The notes beneath the pieces were generated by a model. The model was not told the origin of the DNA. It made no database searches and worked only from the letters and a program-made list of their open reading frames with translations. The translations under genes and the position numbers were made by a program. Source: an uncultured Acidobacteriota bacterium (GTDB lineage Bacteria; Acidobacteriota; Terriglobia; UBA7540). Taken from it: a stretch of 64,000 nt of DNA. The stretch lies in the NCBI GenBank assembly GCA_963730515.1, contig CAVSSA010000012.1:111797-175796 (forward strand). Reading direction: 5' to 3'. Positions 57,034 to 64,000 of the stretch are shown here, in pieces (position 1 is the first letter of the stretch; the number at the start of each line of letters is the position of its first letter).

Positions 57034-60000
57034 CTACCCCCTGCTCTTAGCGTTCAAATAATAAAGCACCGGCACGGCCATGCGCGACAAAAACGTGGAC
57101 GCCACCTCGCCCGCCATCAGCGCAATCGCCAGGCCCTGAAAGATCGGATCAAAGAGGATGACGAACGCCCCGGCCACCACCGCGGCGGCGGTCAAAAGCA
57201 TGGGCCGGAAGCGGACGGCGCCCGCGTCCACCACGGCTTCCTCGATCGCCATTCCCTGCTTCCGGCGCAGTTCGATGAAGTCCACCAGGATAATCGAATT
57301 GCGCACGATGATGCCCGCCCCGGCAATGAAGCCGATGATGGTGGTGGCGGTCAGGAACGCGCCCATCATGGCGTGCGCGGGAATGATTCCGATCAGGGTG
57401 AGCGGAATCGGCGCCATGATCACCAGGGGGATCCGGAAGGATTGGAACCACGCCACCACGATGACGTAAATCAGCACCAGCACCACGGCGAAGGCGAATC
57501 CCAGGTCGCGAAAGACTTCATAAGTGATCTGCCACTCACCGTCCCACTTCATGCTCACCTGGTCGGTGAGGAACGGCAGGTGGGTGGAGTAGCGCTCGAT
57601 GGCATAACCGCCCGGGCCGTGAATCTTTTCGAGCGATTTGGAAAGGCTCAAAATCGCGTACGCCAGGCTCTCCTCTTTTCCCGCCACGTCGCCGGAGACG
57701 TACACCACGCGCTTCAGGTTCTTGTGGTAGATGGATGTTTCGATGACGCCGGTTTCCACATGAGTCAACTCGCTGAGCGGCACCAGCGCGCCGGAGTTTG
57801 ACGCCACGCGAATTTCCCCGAGCCCGGTGGGACTGCTGCGTTCGGCCCGGGGAACTTCCAGCACGATATCGACGTCTTCCTTCTCGTTGGGCTGATGCGC
57901 CAGGCCCACCACCGCGCCGCTCACCGCCAGGCGCAGCGTCTGGGCAATCTGCTCAGCGGAAACGCCCGCCAGCGCCGCCTTTTCCTTATCCACCACGAAG
58001 CGGTATTGCGATTGGGGAGCCTCCACCGTCCAATCCACGTCAACCACGCCGGGAGTCTTCTTGAACTCGTCGCGAATCTGCCGCGCCACGTCGATCTGCT
58101 GCTGGTAATCGGGCCCGTAAACTTCCGCCACCAGGGTCTCGTAGACGGGCGGGCCGGGGGGAATTTCCGCCACCTTCAGCTTGGCGCCGTATTTCTCCCC
58201 GATGGGCACAATGGCGTCACGCACGCGCTTGGAAATTTCGTGGCTTTGCGCGGAGCGCTCCTCCTTAGGCAGCAGGTTCACCTGAATATCCGCCTCGTTC
58301 GCGCCCTGCCGCAGGAAATAATGGCGCACCAGGCCGTTGAAGTTATAAGGACTGGCGGTGCCCGCGTACACCTGGTAATTCACCACTTCCGGTTCCTGGG
58401 CAACGCGCCGGGCCACCTCGCGGGCCACGCGCGTGGTCTGCTCAAGCGTCGTTCCTTCCGGCATGTCGATGATCACCTGGAACTCGCTCTTGTTGTCAAA
58501 GGGAAGCATTTTGACGCGCACAATCTTGAGCAGCGGAAGCGAGAAGACGGAGAGCAGCAGGAGCACCACGCCCACCAAAAACATCCAGCGCATGCGGGCA
58601 TTGACGAGCAGCGGCATCATCACCCGCCGGTAGACGCGCGTCGTCCAGCCTTCTCTGCCTTCTTCTCCTTCCGCGTGGCCCGCCTTGGCATTCCGGAGCA
58701 TGCGCAGCGCCGCCCAGGGGGAGATTACAAAGGCGATGAAGAGCGAGAACAACATGGCAAGCGATGCGCCCACGGGGATGGGCCGCATGTAGGGCCCCAT
58801 CAGCCCGCCCACAAACGCCATGGGCAGGATGGCGGCAATCACCGTCCAGGTGGCAAGCGTCGTGGGATTGCCCACTTCGTCCACCGCCTCCACCGCCACA
58901 TCGGCGAGCGGGCGCCCCTTATTTTCCGGCAGGTGGAAATGCCGCGTGATGTTCTCCACCACCACAATGGCGTCGTCCACCAGGATGCCGATGGAAAAGA
59001 TCAGCGCGAACAGGGTGACGCGGTTCAGCGTGTATCCATAAATGTAATAGATGAACAAGGTCAGCGCGAGCGTGACGGGCACGGCCGCCAGCACCACCAT
59101 CGACGACCGCCAGCCGAGCGCCAGAGCGATGAGCAGGGTTACCGACAGCGTGGCGAGCAGCAGGTGCTGCAACAATTCATTGGATTTTTCCTGGGCGGTC
59201 GCGCCGTAATTGCGCGTCACCGTCACCTCAACCCCCGCCGGAATCAGCGTGCCCTTCAGGCTTTCGACTTTCTCCATCACGCGCTCGGCTACCGCCACCG
59301 CGTTCTGGCCCTTGCGCTTGGCGACCGTGAGGGTCACCGCGGGCGATTCTCCCATGAGGCTGGAGGCTGATGTGTTATCGACTCCCCCCTCGCCCCCTGG
59401 GTTGAGAGGGTGTGGGTTGGTATTAACTCCCCCCTCGCCCCCTTGGGGGAGAGGGGCCGGGGGTGAGGGGGTCCTGTCGTTCAATTCCGAAAAACTTGTC
59501 AATTTGAAGATAGCCCCGCCCTGCACTGGGTTCTCGAGAGCGACATTCCGGACGAACCCCCTCACCCGGCCCGCCCCGGCTGATGAAAGCGCCGGTTGCG
59601 GTCCACCCTCTCCCCCAAGGGGGCGAGGGTTTGTGTTCATATCAACGCTTCCCTCGGTCGACGCATTGGAGGCTTTCACGCGCGCCCCGGCTCCGGTTCC
59701 GAAGAGCACGTAATTAGCCGGTTCCTCGGGGCCATCGCGAATTTCCGCCACATCGCGCAGATATACAGGGCGGTTGGCGGAAGCCCCCACCACCACCCGT
59801 CCCACATCGTCAGCGTTGCGCAGGAAATCGCCGGTTTGAACGTCGTATTCTCGATTCGCCGCCGCAAACTCTCCGGCCTCAAGGCGCTGGTTGGCCCGCT
59901 CCAGGGTTCCCATGAGCGCGGCGGGGGCGACTCCGTAGCCCGCCATGCGGGTGGGATCGAGCAGCACGCGAATTTGACGCCGCTCGCCGCCAATCACCTG

Positions 60001-60543
60001 CGTCTGGGAAACATCGTCAATGCTTTTGATCTCGCGATCCACTTCGCTCGCCACCCGGCGCAGCGTATAGCTGTCATACCGGTTGCTCCAGAAAGTGAGG
60101 GCGAGAATGGGGACGTCGTCGATCGAGCGGGGCTTGATAATCGGCTTCGAGGCGCCGGGGGGAATCAGGTCAAAGTGCGAATAAAGCTTGTTGTAGAGCT
60201 TGATGATCGAGTCTTCTTCCTTTTCACCCACCTTGAAGCGCACGATGGCCATGCCCAGGCCCGGCTTCGTCGTCGAATAGATGTACTCGACCCCGGGGAT
60301 TTCCCAGATGAGCTTTTCCATGGGCGTGGTGACGCGCTGCTCCACTTCCTGGGCCGTCGCGCCGGGCATTTCCACGAAAACGTCCATCATGGGAACCACG
60401 ATTTGGGGTTCCTCCTCGCGAGGCGTCTGGAGCACCGCGAACGCCCCCAGCAGGATCGAAAACACCATGATGAGCGGGGTCAGTTTGGAGTTGATGAAGT
60501 AACGGGCGATGCGGCCGGCAAAGCCCAGTTGGCGTGCGCTCAT
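57034..60543 (-). CDS. Efflux RND transporter permease (AcrB/CzcA superfamily) with an extra segment of about 115 aa in the first periplasmic loop
   Basis: 1169 aa. [21 protein letters not shown] (TM1), [11 protein letters not shown], and a 12-TM, two-large-loop organisation. The extra segment is encoded by 59356-59700. Confidence 0.9.
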   Translation of the reverse strand: MSARQLGFAGRIARYFINSKLTPLIMVFSILLGAFAVLQTPREEEPQIVVPMMDVFVEMPGATAQEVEQRVTTPMEKLIWEIPGVEYIYSTTKPGLGMAIVRFKVGEKEEDSIIKLYNKLYSHFDLIPPGASKPIIKPRSIDDVPILALTFWSNRYDSYTLRRVASEVDREIKSIDDVSQTQVIGGERRQIRVLLDPTRMAGYGVAPAALMGTLERANQRLEAGEFAAANREYDVQTGDFLRNADDVGRVVVGASANRPVYLRDVAEIRDGPEEPANYVLFGTGAGARVKASNASTEGSVDMNTNPRPLGGEGGPQPALSSAGAGRVRGFVRNVALENPVQGGAIFKLTSFSELNDRTPSPPAPLPQGGEGGVNTNPHPLNPGGEGGVDNTSASSLMGESPAVTLTVAKRKGQNAVAVAERVMEKVESLKGTLIPAGVEVTVTRNYGATAQEKSNELLQHLLLATLSVTLLIALALGWRSSMVVLAAVPVTLALTLFIYYIYGYTLNRVTLFALIFSIGILVDDAIVVVENITRHFHLPENKGRPLADVAVEAVDEVGNPTTLATWTVIAAILPMAFVGGLMGPYMRPIPVGASLAMLFSLFIAFVISPWAALRMLRNAKAGHAEGEEGREGWTTRVYRRVMMPLLVNARMRWMFLVGVVLLLLSVFSLPLLKIVRVKMLPFDNKSEFQVIIDMPEGTTLEQTTRVAREVARRVAQEPEVVNYQVYAGTASPYNFNGLVRHYFLRQGANEADIQVNLLPKEERSAQSHEISKRVRDAIVPIGEKYGAKLKVAEIPPGPPVYETLVAEVYGPDYQQQIDVARQIRDEFKKTPGVVDVDWTVEAPQSQYRFVVDKEKAALAGVSAEQIAQTLRLAVSGAVVGLAHQPNEKEDVDIVLEVPRAERSSPTGLGEIRVASNSGALVPLSELTHVETGVIETSIYHKNLKRVVYVSGDVAGKEESLAYAILSLSKSLEKIHGPGGYAIERYSTHLPFLTDQVSMKWDGEWQITYEVFRDLGFAFAVVLVLIYVIVVAWFQSFRIPLVIMAPIPLTLIGIIPAHAMMGAFLTATTIIGFIAGAGIIVRNSIILVDFIELRRKQGMAIEEAVVDAGAVRFRPMLLTAAAVVAGAFVILFDPIFQGLAIALMAGEVASTFLSRMAVPVLYYLNAKSRG
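59385..59630. repeat. Copies of the GC-rich element lying inside the RND permease reading frame
   Basis: 59430-59474 matches 55387-55429 closely (CCCCTCGCCCCCTTGGGGGAGAGGGGCCGGGGGTGAGGGGGTCC). 59567-59630 matches 55298-55373 (CCCCCTCACCCGGCCCGCCCCGGCTGATGA...GGTCCACCCTCTCCCCCAAGGGGGCGAGGGT). Confidence 0.75.
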
Positions 60544-61691
60544 AAGCCCTCCACGCGCGCGCCGTCACGCAGGCGGTCGATTTGGGAGATGGCAACTTTT
60601 TCGCCCGCCGCGAGGCCGGAGAGAATCTCCACCTGGCCGCCGAAGGTTTTTCCCGTCTTCACCAGGCGGTATTCCACCTGGCCCTCCGGCGTAATTACAA
60701 AAACTCCTTGCAGCTCGCCGTGCTCCACCACCGCCGAACCGGGCACCGCCAGGCGCTGGACCTCGCCGATGGGGATGCTCGCCTCGCCGTATTCACCGGA
60801 GCGGCAAGGACAGCCGGGGGGAAGATCGATTTTGACCAGGAAGGTGTGGCTGGTAACATCCGCCGCCGGAACGACCTCGGCGACTCGACCGGCAAATTGT
60901 CCCTCTTCGGTCGAGACGGTGACGCTTGCGCCGGGCTTGGCCGCCGGGAGGTATTCCTCCGGCAGGCTCGCCTCCAGCCGATAGCGTGACGTGTCCTCCA
61001 CCGCCAGCACCGCGGTTCCGGGCATTACGACCGTGCCCGCATCCACGGATTTCAGCGTCACCACGCCGTCCAGGGGGGATATAATGCGCGCGTAGCTGAG
61101 GTTGACTTGCGCCGTATCTACCTGAGAATGCGCCTGTTGCTCGCTGGCCAGGATCTGCTGCTTGCGGGCTTCGTGGGCGCGCTGGTTGGCCAGCGCCGCT
61201 TGGTAGCGCGCCTCCGCCCCGTCATACTCCTGGCGGCTCAGGGAGTTTTTGGCCAGCAACGCCTTGTAACGATTGAAGGTTGCCTCCGCAAACTGGCGGT
61301 CGGCAATGGCCGCCTGGAGCGCCTGCTCAACTTCCGCCTCCCCCTGGATCGCCTCGTTCACCCCCGCCTGGGCCCCCTGCACCTGCGCCTGCGGACCTCT
61401 ATCATCAAGAATGGCAAGGAGTTGGCCGCGGCGCACGCGGTCGCCCGCCTGCACGCGGATTTCCCGCACCGTGCCGGCGAGTTGCGCCGCCAGGATGGCC
61501 GTGTGGGCGGAGTGGATGGCGCCAACTGCTTGATAAAGCTGGGGGGAGGACTCCAGGCGCACGGTTTCAGTTTGCACTCCGCTGATCACCGGTCCGGGCT
61601 GCGTCGCCCGTTTTCCATTAGAGCTGCAAGCAGTCATAATGCCCGCGGCGGCGGCGATCAGGAGCAAGGAACAGATTTTCTTTCCATTCAT
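60540..61691 (-). CDS. Efflux RND periplasmic adaptor lipoprotein
   Basis: Start moved to the ATG at 61691 ([22 protein letters not shown] lipobox). [28 protein letters not shown] lipoyl motif. Its stop overlaps the RND start. Confidence 0.85.
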   Translation of the reverse strand: MNGKKICSLLLIAAAAGIMTACSSNGKRATQPGPVISGVQTETVRLESSPQLYQAVGAIHSAHTAILAAQLAGTVREIRVQAGDRVRRGQLLAILDDRGPQAQVQGAQAGVNEAIQGEAEVEQALQAAIADRQFAEATFNRYKALLAKNSLSRQEYDGAEARYQAALANQRAHEARKQQILASEQQAHSQVDTAQVNLSYARIISPLDGVVTLKSVDAGTVVMPGTAVLAVEDTSRYRLEASLPEEYLPAAKPGASVTVSTEEGQFAGRVAEVVPAADVTSHTFLVKIDLPPGCPCRSGEYGEASIPIGEVQRLAVPGSAVVEHGELQGVFVITPEGQVEYRLVKTGKTFGGQVEILSGLAAGEKVAISQIDRLRDGARVEGL

Positions 61692-61816
61692 GGACTTTTT
61701 GTCCTTTGAAACGATTAAGATGGTGTCGAGCAAACCTTGCATACACTGGGAATGACCGGGATATCCAGCCTGCTTTTCCGGACGCCCCCCCATATTCGAA
61801 AATTCAAAAAAAATTT

Positions 61817-61951
61817 CACAGTGAGGATGATGAGCAATCAAAAACCGAAGTTCTAAAATCAAACCTCGAAATTCCGCGCGAGTTTCGATTTTCGAATTTC
61901 GAGTTTCGCCCTTTTGCTTGCGTGTCACTCATCACTCGTCACTCGTCACTG
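61817..61951. repeat. Nested inverted heptamer arrays between the TolC-like and adaptor genes
   Basis: CACAGTGAGGATGATGAGC (61817-35) against GTGTCACTCATCACTCGTCACTCGTCACTG (61922-51). The inner part is CTCGAAATTCCGCGCGAGTTTCGATTTTCGAATTTCGAGTTTCG. Confidence 0.7.
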
Positions 61952-63322
61952 TTCTTTCACCGCCGGTGAATCAGGCGCCAGTTCGCCCGTGGCCAATTCC
62001 AAGGCCGCGTAACTGAGGCGATAATCGAACAACGCATTCAAGTAATTCTTCCGGGCGGTGGTGTGCGCGGTTTCAACTTGCAACAAGTCGGTGATGGTCG
62101 CCAGTCCCGCTTCATAGCGGTTCTGAATGATGCGCAGGCTCTCCTCAGCTTCCAACTGCGCCTGGCGTGAGACCTCCACGCGCTGCTGGGCGGTATTCAA
62201 ATTGAGATAGGCCTCGCGCACCTGGAGCTTGACCGCAGCGGCCATTTCCGCGGCTTGCGCCTGTGCCTGGGTTTGCCGGTAGTGGGCTGCCGCCAGTCGG
62301 GCACGATTAGCTCCGCCATCGAAGATATTGAAGTTGAGCGCCACGCCGGCCGCCCAGTTGTTGCCGCCGCGCGTGGCAAACGTCTGGTTGTCCTCTTCCC
62401 ATGAACCGAAGGCATTCACCTTGGGCAGGAACTCAGCGCGCGCCATGTGCGAGCCGTTGGCGGCGCGCTCCACACCCAGCCCCGCTTCGCGCAGATCGGG
62501 CCGCTGCTGAAGGGCCGTCTGTTGGCGCGCGGCGAGTTCGCCGGCATCATAGGTGAATTCCTTAAGGCCGGAGGCGAGCGTGGTGTCGGCGTCTTCCGGC
62601 AGTCCCATCGCCACGTTGAGCGCGGCGTGCGTGAGGTCCACGGCATTGCGGGCCTGCAACAAGTCTTCCTGGGCCTGGGCCAGTTGCACCTGCGCGCTCA
62701 GAAGGTCGGAGGGCACCGCCTGGCCTTCCTCCTGCCGCGACTGGGCGCGCTCAAGGTCCGACTGCGCTGATTTCACCGCCGCTTCCGCCACGCCCTGGTT
62801 TTCCTGCGCGAGGAGCAAATCCGTGAAAGCTTTCACCACACTGAAAATCAACTCCTGCCGCGTGCGCTCGCCATTTGCCCCGGCGCCTTGGGCGCTCAAC
62901 TTCGCATCCTTGATTCGGCGGCCGGTTTGGCCAGCATCGTACACGGGCAAGGCAGCGCTGAACTGCGTGCGGAAAAGGTCGAGGGGCGGAGGGGTGTTGA
63001 GAAAATTCAGGGCGAAGTCTTGAGTCATGAACTGCCGCTCGGTCAGCAATCCGCCGAAGACGTAAACCGGATTATTGCCGCGCGTAAACCCCTCGGAAAA
63101 ATCCACCCGGGGCAGCCGCGCCGCGCGGGCTTCGGCAATTCCCTCGTGCACCGCCTGCGCATAGGCATCCGCGGCTTGCACGGTGGGGTTCCTTTCCAGA
63201 GCCACACGCACCGCTTCCGCAAGAGTCAAATTGCGCGGTGCAGGCTCCGGTGCCTGACCGGCCGCAGCCGCCGATAAGCAGAAAATTGCGAGAAGCACAG
63301 GAGCAAGGACCGTACGTATCAT
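61946..63322 (-). CDS. TolC-family outer membrane efflux protein
   Basis: 458 aa, signal peptide, two OEP repeats (LTLAEAVRVALERNP ... and the second-half repeat). Confidence 0.85.
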   Translation of the reverse strand: MIRTVLAPVLLAIFCLSAAAAGQAPEPAPRNLTLAEAVRVALERNPTVQAADAYAQAVHEGIAEARAARLPRVDFSEGFTRGNNPVYVFGGLLTERQFMTQDFALNFLNTPPPLDLFRTQFSAALPVYDAGQTGRRIKDAKLSAQGAGANGERTRQELIFSVVKAFTDLLLAQENQGVAEAAVKSAQSDLERAQSRQEEGQAVPSDLLSAQVQLAQAQEDLLQARNAVDLTHAALNVAMGLPEDADTTLASGLKEFTYDAGELAARQQTALQQRPDLREAGLGVERAANGSHMARAEFLPKVNAFGSWEEDNQTFATRGGNNWAAGVALNFNIFDGGANRARLAAAHYRQTQAQAQAAEMAAAVKLQVREAYLNLNTAQQRVEVSRQAQLEAEESLRIIQNRYEAGLATITDLLQVETAHTTARKNYLNALFDYRLSYAALELATGELAPDSPAVKEQ

Positions 63323-63613
63323 CGTGCCGCCTCAAAGTTTATTTGGGGAATTCTTCCAAGAGAGGTATAAGTGCGCGAGATTCCGGCAATTGCTGAAACC
63401 ATGACCCTGGCCGGGCCGAAGCATTCGAGTGGGTGGATCACCTGTATCTCCGTGCATTTCCCTCCTCTCCCTCTTATAAATGCAATTGGGCGCAAGAGGT
63501 AACAGTAAAATTTGCGGGCTGGAGATGCTCGCGCGGAATCGCATTTCGCAGGTGGAAATGCGATACTACTCAGGGCTGGCAGATTCTGGTCTTTTCGTTG
63601 GAGTAATTGCTGA

Positions 63614-64000
63614 GTGAATACCCAAATTGAGCAAGCGCTGGAAATCCTAAAGTCCGGGAATCGCCAGGACGCCGAGCGGGCGCTGGAGACCCTGCAAGGG
63701 GTGGTCTACGGGTTCGGGATGAAGGTTTGCGGAAGCCATGAGGATGCTCAGGACACGGCGCAGGAGACGCTGATTCGCCTGGCGCGGCAACTGCGGGAGT
63801 TTCCCGACGCGCGGGCGCTCGCCGTATGGCTTTACAAGGTGGCCAAAACCCAGTGCCTGATGAGCCGCCGGAAGAGCAAATTCGCCCCCGCGCAAATGCT
63901 CTCGTTGGATGATTTGATGCCGAAAGAGCCAAACCTCCTGGCGGCGGGAACGAAATCGTGGCTGATTAATCCGGAAGAGATCGTCCTGAAGGAGGAGTTG
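63614..64000 (+). CDS. ECF-type sigma-70 family factor, 5' part (runs off the window end)
   Basis: Not in the ORF track because it has no stop inside the window. The GTG at 63614 follows an in-frame TGA. The translation ...GSHEDAQDTAQETLIRLARQLREFPDARALAVWLYKVAKTQCLMSRRK shows sigma region 2 features. Confidence 0.55.
   Translation, partial: MNTQIEQALEILKSGNRQDAERALETLQGVVYGFGMKVCGSHEDAQDTAQETLIRLARQLREFPDARALAVWLYKVAKTQCLMSRRKSKFAPAQMLSLDDLMPKEPNLLAAGTKSWLINPEEIVLKEEL

Noticed and set aside
60540-61928. Full 462-aa version of the adaptor ORF starting at 61928. Similarly extended track ORFs are 56622..56975, 41974..42435, 43054..44415, 47380..48855, 50174..50734 and 14709..16049.
   Set aside because: The N-terminal extensions translate heptamer arrays or hairpins (e.g. 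RNSKIETRAEF, RVSNFELRVAIFEF). Internal starts with a Shine-Dalgarno and proper signal or family N-termini were preferred.
14692-61951. Whether the repeated arrays could be CRISPR.
   Set aside because: The units are 7 nt and contiguous, with no unique spacers, and there are no cas genes. These are micro-tandem repeats, not CRISPR.

Overview
High-GC bacterial chromosomal segment. The gene content looks like a soil Acidobacteriota-type organism, but that is inference only. I can support about 45 protein-coding genes. They include an MFS transporter; a TIGR02999-like ECF sigma factor next to a frameshifted Ser/Thr kinase; a 1.4k-aa Ig-repeat lipoprotein; an alkaline-phosphatase-family enzyme; two RlpA paralogues; a MacA/MacB-like adaptor with two permeases and a four-helix-bundle (23S-IVS/Avd-like) gene between them; a GGDEF-EAL-cNMP protein; DegP; secA; MA- and M1-type peptidases; a 10-gene minus-strand operon (Rrf2, iscS, sufB, doxX, sufC, sufD, sufS, sufU, sufT, gcvT/ygfZ-like); a LysR/YeiH pair; a TolC-adaptor-RND-DUF2892 operon; and two IS630-family elements. 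I saw no rRNA, tRNA or CRISPR array. The most unusual content is non-coding. (1) Period-7 (heptanucleotide) arrays sit in many of the intergenic gaps, most often as inverted pairs. One conserved about 27-nt family occupies four of the six gaps between suf-cluster genes, and another pair brackets the four-helix-bundle gene. (2) A GC-rich palindromic MITE-like element has an intergenic copy with terminal inverted repeats, a partial copy, and copies lying in-frame inside the RND permease gene. (3) An AT-rich ORF-less island lies next to a decayed FGE-sulfatase remnant. (4) An IS630 insertion with a TA duplication splits a 60-codon ORF that can be reconstructed exactly. All calls rest on reading the sequence and recalling family motifs. 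No database search was run.
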